Origin: Octopus sinensis
Taxonomy: Eukaryota
Reading direction: 5' to 3'
Length of the DNA: 64,000 nt
NCBI RefSeq assembly: GCF_006345805.1
Contig: NC_042998.1
Span: 170,438,001-170,502,000, forward strand
Shown here: positions 22,739 to 35,200 of the stretch, piece by piece
How positions within the stretch are numbered: position 1 is the first letter of the stretch
Layout of the letters: every line of letters starts with the position of its first letter
Notes under the pieces: model-generated
The model's database searches: none
What the model was told of the DNA's origin: nothing
What the model saw: only the letters and a program-made list of their open reading frames with translations
Translations under genes and position numbers: made by a program

Positions 22739-25700
22739 TATAAAATATTAAAATATAAATACAAAATGACTAAAATGGCAGAGGTATTTTCTATCATTCA
22801 CTAGTTCTTTCTTTTTCTCATAAAAGATTCAGTTTCATTTGTTACTTATTTCTTTTATGTTATTTATTCCTGCTTCGATTACAATGTTAACTTCTATATC
22901 TATTGTAATTCACCAGACATACTATTTCAATAATTCGTTTTATATTGGCACATATTTTCAAAAATATTTAATTTCATAATGTTAGTCAGCTCAAGGGAAA
23001 TAACTCATAACAATTTATAAATTAACAATTACAACGTGGAAGACGTAGTTATTCAAAATAAAACGTGAAATCGGTTAATTGTTTAAGTAAAGTTAACAAT
23101 TTTTGTGCATTTTTGAATAGCTAATTCCATATTATAATTGTTTTAATTTCAAAACACTGCCGCTGCTCAAATTACTTGCCAGACTTATACAAGTTGAAAA
23201 AACAAACCAAATTGATTTCTTGTGTAGTATAAAGTTAATCTGGAGTCTATTAGCGATGTATGGAATATGTATTCGAACCAAAATGTTCAAAAGCAAATCA
23301 AGAACTTATGATATATAATTATAATAATGAGATAATCTCAGAAACTTCTGAACTTTCTTTGTTATTTACAGAACTTTTTTTTTTTAAGGAATTTTTTTTT
23401 TATTAAAAAACAACCATGATACACAAAGAGCCTATACCTTTCAATCCAAACAGATTTTTTCATATTATTAGACCAGAGTTATAAACCGCTAAAAATGAGT
23501 TATAAGAAGGAACAATTACAGAATCAGATGAAATATGTGCTTTAACCATTTCGTTATTGTATTTATTTTGAGATGCTCTATGTTTCTTTCAATTACTTTA
23601 AATATAATTAAGAATTTAGTAAAATAACCCATGCTAGCATGGAAAGCGGACGCTAAACGATGATGATGATGATGATGAACTTAATTATCATTCAGCTTGT
23701 GTTAGGAACATAAATTGTGACTAAGGTTTGGTGGAAGATTTTAATTCAAAACTTATGAAGTACTACAGAGCCAGACCTGGTTTCAGCCAGGTTGGTAACA
23801 AAAGGGTTAATCATCAATGAAATAATCCTCGTCATCATCATTTAACATCCATCTTCCATGCCTGCATGAGTAGGACGGTTGACAGGAGCCGACCAGGTAT
23901 AAAAACAACCCAAGGCTACTGTGTCTGTTTTGACAGGGCTTTTATGGCTGGATGCCCTTCCTAACACCAACCACTCCGCAGAGTGGACTCAGTGCTTTTT
24001 TACATGGCATTAGCACAGGTGAAGTTAGTTTTGGTATGATTTTTACAACTGGATGCCCTTCCAAATGCCAACCATGCTACAGTGTGGACTGGATGCTTTT
24101 AACATGGCACCAGCACTGGCAGGGTAACCAAGTAACTCACAACACAAGGAATTATGAGGGGGGGGGGGGCTGGGCATTTGAGGAGGGGAACTTGTATCAG
24201 AGGATGAAAGGTTAGAGGGTGACAAAGAAACAGAGAGATAGAAGCAGGTGTCTTGCCAGAACAGAGGGAGCATTAGAGGAGGTGATCCAGTATCAGATGA
24301 TGAAAGGTTAGAGTGTAATAGAGAACTAGAGAGGCAGAAATAAGTGTCTTGCTATAGAGGATGTACATGGTTACCCAATGAGAGAGAGAAAAGAAATACA
24401 GAGTGAAAGAGGTACAAGAAAGAGCCCAGAAACAAGTGTGCTACCTAGTCAGAGGAAAAACAAGAGAAGGAGGGAGAGTAGGAAACAGCAAAAGTGTAAG
24501 AAAGAGCAGAAGAGAGATGGTGTAGTGCTAGGGTTTACTAACAAGTAACAAGGATCTGAGCAATGTATAAAATGTATCAGACACTGACCAAGGTTAATAA
24601 ACAAAGACTTTGTTGACTTAAATGGATTGTATTGATTCAAACTATATTCTTTCACAAACAGATTATATATTCTTGAGGGGAAACTATTCAGAAACCTTAT
24701 GGTTTAATTTGTTCAAATGCAAAAATTACTGGCCTGAAATAGGGGACATTTTAAAATTGATCTTTATAAGCCTGCTGAAATACAAATTCTTTTGAGAATT
24801 TCTCTGTAGATTCAAGGGCACTTTCTTTTTCACTCATTTTTGGCTTTGGAATCTGAGTTAAGAATAAGAAAATCATAATAATCAAAATTAAAATTACTTG
24901 AACCAGAAAAAAAGCGACTCGATAAGGCAATGATAAAAGAACTCCATAATCAACTTCAAAATGATCCAGCAATGCATGGTGAAGGAAAATGATTCAATTC
25001 AATTAACCTCAGACAGAAATTTACATAATACTTAACAACAAACTTAAATGATGCATAAAAAATATATATTTAAATATTATTGAGGAACAACGGGCATACT
25101 GTACATTTACATATAGTGAAAAAAAAATAGCTAGGAAAAGTACTTACTTTCAATGGTAAATTGAAAATTCCTAAATAACAAGTGCAAAAAGTTAAAACTG
25201 TAAGTAAATACACTTACAATTGGATGGTAATAAATATTTGCATTCTTAAAAAGGCCTGTTTCGTGAATCAGAAAAAAAGATTCAAACAATCAACATTAGG
25301 GGTTCGTATCCCTCACCAATAACTAATATTGGTAAAAGTACCTTAAAGTTGGAAATTTGTCTCACAGAAAAACTATTCAGACCTGCTAGACATTTGTTTG
25401 TGTTCAAATGACTGAACACACATGGTATCAAATAATTTTCAACATTGAAGGGTAGAATAAGCCATAGGGAGTACTAAAAATAGCTCCAAGGTGGTAGTCT
25501 AATACAACAACTCCACTAATAACTAGTAGAAACATATCAAATTTAGGTTTAATCAATACATAAAATGTATATCAATTAATTTATTTATTCTTTTCAGTAT
25601 CTGATCAAAAAAAAAAATTATTTTTAGTGAAATTTCATTTTTGATTTTGTGATTAAAAAAAAACTTTGAAACAAATATTTTTATAAATTTTAACATTTCG

Positions 25701-27003
25701 GCAAAAAATTGCCCTAGTTATTATATACCTTCCTCAGACTGTTATAGCTTAACTTTATTCTGATAGTTAAAACTAAATAAATAACCTAATCTGAATACAT
25801 GCAACCAGAAGATTTGAGCATTATGGAAAAGAAGGCATAAAAACAATGACTATGAGAATAGCTAGGAGGAAGAAGAAAGGTTTGTAGGGCTTTCAGAGAA
25901 TGTATATCAACACTGAAAGTATTTGACAACTTCCATAAAAAATGTTTATTTTTTTAAAATTATTTTTCAGTTGAATCACTTATGTTTGTGTATTTTTTGT
26001 GCATGTATGTGTTAAGTATGCATGTAAGTATATGTATGTGTGTGTTTATGTGCATCTATGTATATTTGTATATGAATGTGTTGTAGGTAGGTAGACAGAC
26101 AAGTGCACAATTCACTTTTACCGCATGGATTCTGTTGGCTGGTGCTCTCTACTATAGCTGTAGACTGACCAATGCCCTGGAGTGAAATCTGAAATTTGGT
26201 AGAGTATCAGACAAAATACCTTGCCTTTCTTCCAGCACTTTTTCTACTAAGTTTAATTCCTACCAAAATCATCCTTTCAAGGTTGATAAAATAGAGTACT
26301 GGGGTTAATATAATTGACTGACTTCCCCAAAATACCAGGCCTTGTCTTTATGTCAGAAGCAGTTATTCTTGTGTTCCAGAGTGGTTTCTTACATTTTGAA
26401 TTCTAGTTCCACCAGAGTTGACTTTCTTAGTACTTTTTCAATTTTATTTGTTTTACTTATTTCTTTTCATTTTCTATTGGTCTGCAGGAAATGCTGACAC
26501 AGTAATTTGTTTTAGCTGTGATGGTGGCTTACGTAATTGGGAGGAGGATGACATTCCATGGGAAGAACATGCTCGGTGGTTTCCAAGATGTACTTTTGTA
26601 CAACAAAAAAAAGATCCTAAATACATCAGAGAAGCAAATGTAAAACACAGAGTATCTTCAGATGACTTGGTAAGTTAATAAAAAATAACATCAATAACAA
26701 CAAATGAATAACTTACAATTCATGTTTCTGATAAATAACCTTTATTAAAAGCTAGACTAATCTTACTGCTTCAAGTGTACCCTTGTTAATTCACACATGT
26801 ATTTCAAGAGTTAAAGGAGCATTTTGTATATTTATATCAGAGTTTAGAGTAATAACATCATCATCAAAACCTATTGGGCATCAGTTTTCTAAACGTCTGA
26901 AATGGTAATAAGATGTCTCTAAAGTCAACCACTCCATTGAAGTGAGGAGCTAATTCACCCTTTATTATGTCAGACAGAGAAATGGAGAATTTTACTAAGC
27001 CCT

Positions 27004-27060
<57 letters not shown>

Positions 27061-30000
27061 TTAGCAGATGCTAAAAACTATAGGCCTATCTCTCTGACCT
27101 CACACATCAGCAAATTCATGGAACAAATATTCCGAAGGAAATTGATTGCATTCCTTGAAAAGAATGATTTGCTGACTGACACCCAGCATGGTTTCCAACC
27201 AGGTAGAAGCTGCCTGACACAGCTCTTGCAGCATTATGACTGGGTGCTAAAGCAGCTGCTCAACAACTCAAATGTGGACATGATATACCTCGACTTTGCA
27301 AAAGCCTTTGATAAAGTCAACCATAGTATGATTTGTTACAAGCTCCAAAATCGTGGCATATTTGGAAAACTTGGAGAATGGCTACATGACTTTCTAAAAG
27401 ATAGAAGTCAGGTAGAGATGGTCAATGGGGCCACCTGCAAGAAAACACAAATAATAATCAGTGGTTTTCCACAGCCCACTGTTATGGCCCTTTCCGACAT
27501 GCCCTCAGCTATTGAAGTAGCGACCCTTGCTAGCTATGCAGACAATACAAAAGTCTCTCAGAAGATACAGAACCCTGATATAGCCAACAGAAGTAATAGC
27601 TCTCTAAATTTCCTCCATCCTATTCTTATTCTGCTATCACACTCTCTGTACATCCTCTTCCACTACTAATTTGGTCCCCAAGATATACCTCTAATGAACC
27701 ACTAGGGCATATTTGAGAGAATCAATTTCTCGAATCTCTAAAGTTTTTATGGATCCTATGCATCTTCCTTCCACATACAAAAACTGTCTTCTCTGAGTTT
27801 TTTTGGTAATTATAGTGACAACTCTATGCATGTTTTGGTGGTATTAGTGCCCATCAGAAAAGTATTATCTAATTCTTACATACCTGAATTTAGAATGACT
27901 TTGAAAAGATATAGTTTTTTTGTGAAAATTATTCTTTGGTAAGACAATTTAAAATAATAATGTTTGGCAGTTTGTCCAAGGATATCTTCTGCATGAACAT
28001 ATAGTTAAATACAAGCTACAATATACTTAATGTTTGTTAATCCACACTTAATTATATGTAGAAGTGTATGCTTCTGTGTACACTCAGCATTACTAGAATA
28101 TAAATTTGTTGAAATTACATTCTTCTCTTAAAGGAATCTTCACAAGTTCGATCAGATTTCGATTCTCCTGAAATTGATGCAATTGGTAGATATTACGATA
28201 TGGAAGATAACTGGACATCAGATAACCCAACTTCAAGTAAGTTATTTGCTATTTATAAGGGAAAGTATGTTGTTCATACAATCATTTTCATACATTCTTA
28301 CATTTAAGAAAATGTTATTTTTAACAAAACAGATGATTTTTTATAATGAAAGAATTTGGACAATAAAAAAATTAAATTAAACTAGAAGCTCTAATAATCA
28401 CTAGACAGCATCATTGAAGCATTAACAAGATCTTATCAAAATATCTTTTATAATAAGGGTTAGGGTTAAGAGAGGAAACGTCCCTATATCTTTCTACCAA
28501 TATGGAAGTTACATTTAATAGAGATGCATCCGCGGCCCAGTTTGCAAAATATTTTCCCTCAGCTGTGCAAATGTCAACTATCAGTTGACACTGAGAGCAG
28601 GAAATGCTGCAATATCACAAAATTGTGAAAAAATCATCAGCACATTACAAGAAATTAAAAGCAATTGAATGTATAAGTTAGCCATTCACAAAATTATAGA
28701 AAGCATGAGGAAACTTTCTGCATGTGCCAACAAAGTTGCCAAAAATGATATTATGCAAGATGTTTAATTATTTTCTGGTGATTTATATGTAATGAAGTTC
28801 ATTAAATTTGCAAAAAGATATTGATTTTTTTTTACCATCACATCACAGTTTTTCACAAAGAATATCATGTAAGATTATATCATTTCATAATTACAGTATG
28901 CATATTAAGTAATTACGTTTTCCATGATTGACTCATTTCTTTTTTTCTAGTATACATGTTTATCTGTTAACATTTTTCAAGAATAGAGCATGATGAGCAA
29001 ATTCAATAAAAATAATGAAGATATGTTTCATTATATATGTGGCAAATATAGAACTTTAAATCAGACAAAACATATCATTTGTAAAGCAAACATATAGATA
29101 ATATTTCAGTGTCAAAATTAGTGATCAAAATTTATCATTGGCTAATTTAAAGTTTGTATATATTTTGTTGAGTCACTTAGGTTTTGAAGCCAAGGAAAAA
29201 AAAACCCAAATCTATGCAGTTCCCATTTCTAAGCCTTTTACACACTAGGCCTCATATCTGCCTTGAGAAAACAATCAGATACTGCACCAGTGTACCCTTT
29301 TTGGGAAATGATGATGCTGCATGAACAGAAACAAAAAAATAAAAATTACACTAGGAAATAGTCAAAGATTACTTTAAATTGAAAAATAAAATTTAGAACG
29401 TTTTTAGAAACATTTTAATAATTTCCTTTTATATTTTAGGCTCTCCCAAGTTGAAAAATCGTAAATCTAAGGCATCATGTATGGAAACACCTACAGTTAA
29501 GGCTCTTTTATCTATGGGCTATAATCGAAATCTAGTCAAAAGAATTGTGAAAAACAAAATCAAAGAAACAGGTAAGAATACTTTACGATTTTTTTAAATA
29601 TAATAATTTTTTGTTATACAAAATTAACTATCCAGTTTTTATACAAAATTTATCATTGTAATCATTGTTGTATTGATATATGTTTGTTCAGTACATCATA
29701 CACAAGGAAGCAAATCGCAGTGTTTTAATTCATTTTTGCCTTTCATCATGTTATCTTTGAAGTATAAATTTATAAGAACCCAATCTGATAACTTTGGTTA
29801 AATTCTCTCTTTATCTGCTTCTTCTCTTAGGTTTCCCAAAATCCTTAAATAATATAAATTTTTCCCACACCTTTTGGAGATTGTAGCTTCTTCAGACCCC
29901 ATATCACATAGTTTATTCTAATCTACCAAAATGAGTTTTCTTCTTAATATTTCATTGAAAAATTTAGCATTTGCCTTTTAGCAGAAAATTCATTCAGTTG

Positions 30001-33000
30001 CTTATATGCAAGAATTCAATGTCAGTACTGTAAACCATCAAACTATACATTATTAATCTTTGAATAATCTGGTTTCCTGCCATCAAGTTGTTCAAAGTAA
30101 AGCATGTATAAGATTTCAGCAACTTCTCTGTAAATATATGAGAGGCATAATGCTAAAAAATACTAACATGCATACATAGAAGTATAATATAATTGTCAGA
30201 ACCAGAGTTCAACCAGCAGTTGCTTTTCATGATTGGGATTGTATCCTGATATTTTGATTTGAACTAAAAATATGAGAGGCCATGAAATGTGGTTGATAAC
30301 TTCTGATAAATATTCTAGTGATGAAATCACTAAATTATACATTCGTGCAACAAAATTTCCTTTCTTAAAAATCTGTTAGTTTATGCATTTCCAACTTCAA
30401 AGTACAGATAGAAACCTAACAAAGGAGCAGTGTTATTATGAAAGTAATGGACAAATAGGAATGTAGTTGAATGCTAGATATATTTTACACAAAACCTAAC
30501 GTGTATGTTCATGTTTTTTTTTCCTTTTTTGTTTTTAAGGATCTTCTTTTTCACAAGCATCAGATTTACTTGATGCAATTGAAAACGATGCTCATTATAA
30601 AGCTGGCAATGATGATGATATTGAGGAAGTAAGTGATGAAGAGGAGCCTGACCAAACAAGAGAAAAACATGATGCTGAAATGTCTTCTAGTAAGTAATAA
30701 ATGATAACTCTACTATTTCTACATACTTTGAAATGATTGTTAATAAATAAGAAGTGATCCTTCTTCTATCTATTAAAATGCTGACAGTAAAGTAGCTGTT
30801 ATTAAGTAATCCTTCTTTTGTTGTTTTACATTGACACTAGATTGCCATTGCTCACAAGGAAAGGAAACATCTACTTTTAAAACTTTATAACTGTCAACAC
30901 CATATCATTTTCAGTTTTTAAATAAATCTCTGTAATCCTTTCTAATAACCAGAAATCAAAAATGGAATATGGTTTTGAGAATGGCATATACATGTGTATG
31001 TACATAAATTATGTGTGGATGTGTGGGCATCTGTACTTTTGTTTACATTTGCACTTCTCTGAATACCTAGAACTGCAAGTGGTGATGTTATCATTTCTCC
31101 TGTCGACAAATCATCCACTCACTTTGGGCCTTCAAACACTTGTAAAATAAGAGATTCTTCACTTGAAAAACAATTATTGGTTAGTAACAGGAAGGGTATC
31201 TAGCCATAAAAACGATACTTAAGCAATAGCTTCAGCTAACCCTTGCCAGCATGGAAAAACATGCATGAAAACAATTGAACAAAGTTGTTCTATGTATATT
31301 ATGTTTAATGCATATTTGCCTGTTCAGCATTGAGAATAATATCCATATTTCAGATTACATGGCTATTTTTTTCTGTTCAATGTAGATCTGTTACACATGT
31401 CCCTGATCAGCTATTATTAGCTGATGTACATTGACATATTTGGTTAATGGTAATTGTAAATATTCCAGGAAAACATCTAGACTAAACAGTCACAATTGAC
31501 ACAGCTGTTGTTCGCCCAATGCATTCAAGCTATAATCGTCCCATCTTATTTTCAAGAATTACATTATTCAACATGTCCTTTCTTTTTGAGTTGATGGAGC
31601 CTTGACTGCTATTTCTAGCAGGTTGAGCAACCACTTTGAAGTGCCTATGTTAGCTTCTCTGGATATTTGTTATGGTATGATGGATTGATAATTCATATCC
31701 TGACACTGACAGAGATTCTTTAGCTTTAAATAAATACCAAAATGAGGCACAGATCATTAGTGTAATTAGCGAAAACATTGTACAATTTATAAATATTTTG
31801 TTAGCTTGTAGCATTAGACTAAAATCCTCATACTACTCAAGATAGTAATATATTTCATTTACTCAAATCTGAAGGTAAATACCAGCTTTATGAAGTCTTG
31901 TAGAAATGTTCAGCTCAACATAGCAAACCAGTTGACTCTTTTCAGCCTATTCTGTAACTTCTCAATGTCAATTTACAATATCAGAAAGAGGAGAAAATAA
32001 TATTCTAAATGGTTTGGATTAGTTTCCTTTATTGATGAGTTATGTGTATAATTTTGTTACCCCATGTTTTCTAAATTATCTTATTTATCTCAGTATCATA
32101 AGTTTTCTAGTTTTTGTGTTGGAGACATTAAAGTAATTAAACCTTCTGGTCATATTTTCTTATTAACAAAATTAAATGTTCTATACAATATCATCCTCTT
32201 TTACCATACAGTTTCTATGTTGGCATGGGTTGAATGGTTTGACAAAATCTATCAACCTGGAGGACTGTATCATGGCCTAGTGCCTGTTGTGGCATGGTTT
32301 CTATAGTTAGATGCACTTTTTAACACCGATCACTTTACAAAGTGTACAGGGTGATCTTTTTTTATATAGCACCAGCCTAGTGAGGTTGCCAGGAACTTGC
32401 AAGATTACTACCTAGCTTCAACTGTAGAGAGGGAAGCAGCTTTATGCTGTGAAGGGGCCAAAATAGATTTTTTGTTTGTTTTTATTGACTCTCTGCTGAA
32501 GGATCTGAGGAGCCTCCATGGAGTGGATGTAAGTGTTTTCAAACGTGAACTTGACATCTGGCTCACCAAGATCCCAGATGAGCCAATATCTAAGCAAGAA
32601 ACTCAAAAGAGGGCAGTAGCATCAAACTCCATTCTTCACCAAACGCCACTCCGACAAAGGTGGAAAGTGGAAAGATGATTACAATGGCGGTGCTCCAGCA
32701 TGGCCACAGTCTTTGGACTGAAACCTATAAAAGAATAAAAGAATAATAATGTTTTGGAACACATCTTAAGAAAAGGTATTTTCTAAATCTCTCTGAGAAA
32801 TGTTCATGCATTAGTAACTAACATGTTCACATGGAACCTAGGGTGAATTGGTGTGAATGAAATGGAATATTTTTCTTGTGTAACTGCTGATACTGTTTTA
32901 ATATTCAGAATTTATCATTCTGTTATATTTCACAATTGCATAACCATTCTGTTATATATTCATTTATCCTCTCATTACTTAACATTATGTTTCAGTTCGC

Positions 33001-33235
33001 TTATTTTTTTGTCTTTTGTTTTTTTTTATTTTTTATAGCAGCAAGTGCTGATATAATTGCAGAGAATACTATGCTAAAAGAACAAAAGCTTTGTAAAATC
33101 TGTTTAGATGAAGAATTGAGTGTGGTATTTTTACCATGTGGCCATTTGGTCAGTTGCGCATCATGTGCACCTGCTCTCAGCAACTGCCCTTTATGTCGGA
33201 AAAAGGTTCATGGCATGGTGAAAATATTTTTCTGA
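15206..33235 (+). CDS. IAP: Inhibitor of apoptosis protein, 6 coding exons, 593 aa: degenerate BIR + 3 canonical BIR + UBA + RING, no CARD
   Basis: join(15206..16223,26488..26669,28134..28236,29440..29571,30540..30689,33039..33235) = 1782 nt. All introns are GT-AG with matching phases (1,0,1,1,1). Three Cx2Cx16Hx6C BIR motifs, a cIAP-like UBA and a C3HC4 RING. Orthology to a specific BIRC gene not assigned. Confidence 0.92.
16583..16792. mobile_element. piggyBac-type MITE (TTAA TSD)
   Basis: TTAA|CCCTTTAG...CTAAAGGG|TTAA. Related copy 2416-2615; a different TTAA-flanked element at 23546-23806. Confidence 0.8.
17811..18351 (+). repeat. Tandem duplication, period 284 bp, bounded by (TG)n
   Basis: 17811-18067 equals 18095-18351; identical ORFs in the ORF track. 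Confidence 0.95.
18565..18936 (+). pseudogene. Intronic partial duplicate of IAP exon 1 (BIR2 + most of BIR3)
   Basis: Aligns to 15650-16018 with 20 substitutions and one 3-nt insertion, no stop or frameshift. Lacks the last Cys of BIR3; no phase-compatible acceptor found. Confidence 0.9.
18940..19200 (-). mobile_element. RTE/RTE-X-like LINE C-terminal fragment abutting the BIR duplicate
   Basis: Minus strand reads KVSEKIRQRWL..GHCVHYLKLEAAKLVLWKPLHDDAGR. Confidence 0.55.
19452..19598. repeat. 67-bp inverted repeat with 13-nt loop in IAP intron 1
   Basis: 19452-19518 is the reverse complement of 19532-19598 with 2 mismatches. Confidence 0.95.
19930..22630 (-). mobile_element. Degraded RTE-clade (BovB-like) LINE, antisense in IAP intron 1
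   Basis: Fragmented IGTWNI endonuclease start, GVGKMNSNG, FTDLTKIFDTVNREALW, LFADDC, LSPKLKIF. Many stops and frameshifts. Confidence 0.85.
26488..26669 (+). CDS. IAP: IAP coding exon 2 (C-half of BIR4)
   Basis: Pyrimidine tract + CAG acceptor. GNADTVICFSCDGGLRNWEEDDIPWEEHARWFPRC completes the BIR. Donor TTG|GTAAGT. Confidence 0.95.
27064..27590 (+). mobile_element. CR1/L2-group RT fragment in IAP intron 2
   Basis: NYRPISLTS, QHGFQPGRSCLTQLL, IYLDFAKAFDKV; YADD degraded to YADN. Starts right after a (TA)n tract. Confidence 0.88.
28134..28236 (+). CDS. IAP: IAP coding exon 3 (linker)
   Basis: ttcttctcttaaAG acceptor; open ESSQVRSDFDSPEIDAIGRYYDMEDNWTSDNPTS; donor A|GTAAGT; phase 0 to 1 fits both neighbours. 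No domain similarity. Confidence 0.75.
29440..29571 (+). CDS. IAP: IAP coding exon 4 (UBA helices 1-2)
   Basis: tttTAG acceptor. METPTVKALLSMGYNRNLVKRIVKNKIKETG resembles the cIAP UBA (MGF/MGY loop). Donor G|GTAAGA. Confidence 0.9.
30540..30689 (+). CDS. IAP: IAP coding exon 5 (UBA helix 3 + acidic linker)
   Basis: Long T tract + AAG acceptor. GSSFSQASDLLDAIEND followed by a D/E-rich linker. Donor A|GTAAGT at 30690, phase 1. Confidence 0.85.
32455..32750 (+). mobile_element. CR1-group LINE 3' end with 3' UTR
   Basis: SVFKRELDIWLTKIPDEP...RAVASNSILHQ, TGA 32676, then GGCGGTGCTCCAGCATGGCC..GACTGAAAC and an AAAAGAAT repeat tail. Confidence 0.7.
33039..33235 (+). CDS. IAP: IAP last coding exon (RING)
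   Basis: Long T tract + TAG/CAG acceptors. ENTMLKEQKLCKICLDEELSVVFLPCGHLVSCASCAPALSNCPLCRKKVHGMVKIFF, TGA 33233-33235. Confidence 0.95.
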
Positions 33236-33859
33236 GTTATATCCAGTACAGCCACGTCCATTTTCCATGCTAGCATGGAAAACAGACGTTAAACGATGAT
33301 GATGATGCTGATGAATACTCGTTCTTTTATTATTTTACCTGTTTCTGGACAATTTGACTGAGGTCTGGTGAACCAGATGGCTGCACCAGGCTCCAATCTG
33401 ATCTGACAGTGTCTCTACAGCTGGATGCCCTTCCTCATGCCAACCACTCCGTGAGTGTAGTGGGTGCTTTTTACGTGCCACCTGCACAGGTGCCAGACGA
33501 GGCTGGCAAATGGCCACGATTGGATGGTGCTTTTTACGTGCCACCAGCATGGAGACCAGGCGAGGCTCGCAACTGTATTATTAACAGTAACTCCAAAGTC
33601 TTGACCTGCTGGCCAATCCACTGTCAGTAGTATTCATGTTTAAGAATATCATCATCATTATCATTTAAGGTTCGCTTTCCATGGTAGCATGGGTTGGACG
33701 GTTTTACTGAGGACTGGTGAGCCAGAAGCTGCACCAGGCTCAATCTGTCCTTCCTAATGCCAAGCACTCCGAGTGTAATGGGTGCTTTATATGTGCCACC
33801 GGCACAAGGGCCAGCCAGGCAGTTTTGACAACAACTACGCTTATGCTCAAAAGGTGTTT

Positions 33860-35200
33860 TTGCATACTACTTGCACCAGTCTCAACTCGTGGCTCACCAC
33901 TTCATGCTACATGGATATCCCCTCACCACTATCCACACCACCCTTACCAGAGCACATACCGTGAACCATGCATCTGCTCTCTCCCTCGCACATGCCCTAC
34001 TGCCACCCGTCTCCCGTTTCCCCTTGTCAGGCACCCTACCTCTCCAACACCATTCTCCGATCCATCCGGTGACTCCAGTCCAACTCCTCCACTTTGTACA
34101 TCTTCCTTGACCAACCCCTCCCCTCCTTCAAACAAGCCCACAACCTAAAAGACCTCTTGATCCACAGCTTCTTCCCTAACCGAACCTCCCAACCTGGCTC
34201 ATTATCTTGCTTCCACCCACGCTGCCCTTACCTCTCCAACACCATCCTCCTCACAGGCACCCATCATCAACCCTATCATATCACTGACTCCTTCACCTGC
34301 ACTTGTAGCAACGTCATCTACAGCATCTCCTGCTCTCTCTCTGTCCTTTTGTATACATCAGTCAAACGGGATGCCACTTAGTTGACTGGTTCACAAAACA
34401 CCTCTGAGACATCAAACTCAACAATGGCACCCTGGTCTTGCACCATTTCTGCTCTACTGGTCATTTTTTACAACACCTGTCTGTGTTCAGATTGTCCTTG
34501 CACAGGGGCCATCCAGACTCCCGTCTTCATTGTGAACAGGGATTAATCTTCTCTCTTTGCTCCTTTGTGCTACATGGGCTCAACTCTCCTTCCCTCTTCA
34601 TCTAACCCTCCTACTCACTCTTCTCTTCCTCTCACCTACTTCCACCCACCTCTCCTTTAACACCTACTTCCTCTCGTCACTCCTACCTATTTCTCCCCTC
34701 ATTGTCACCCCCTTCCTCGTTACCCCACCCTTATAGATTCCAACCCCACCATCCCTATACATTCCATTCCACCATACCCCATCTCTACCCCCACCTCACC
34801 ACACCTTTGCTTCCTCCACTCTCATCTCCACACCCAACACCACCACATCACACCACCCCACACACACTAGCACTGACCACTTCCCAGCACCCACACCATC
34901 ATCCACACACCTACACATGCACATGTCAAGGTCACCATCCCCCATCCATATGCACATTACACGCTCTCACATATGCATGTGCACCTTCATTTTGGGATCA
35001 CCTCTACTTTATTATCTCCCCTGTGTGACCCCTCTCCCCAGTATTCGCCATGATAGATCTCTGTCCACAACCTTTTTTATTTTCTCTCCCTGTTTCTGTG
35101 TTCCTTGCTGTTGAAGAGCGTAGGTTTGAAACATAAAAGACTTTCTCACTTCTCAAGCGTTAAAACTAATATATCTGTTTGTTGTTTACACACCGTCTTT
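33860..35200 (+). mobile_element. Penelope-like element remnant (RT C-terminus + GIY-YIG endonuclease)
   Basis: HITDSFTCTCSNVIYSISC, degenerate LYIxQTG..L.D.F.KHL.DI, HF..H, LIFSL..GLN. Part repeated at ~35810-35920. Confidence 0.7.

Noticed and set aside
24751-24972. Minus-strand ORF with a good acceptor (IPKPKMSEKES...) nested in IAP intron 1
   Set aside because: Short, no partner exons and no recognisable domain.
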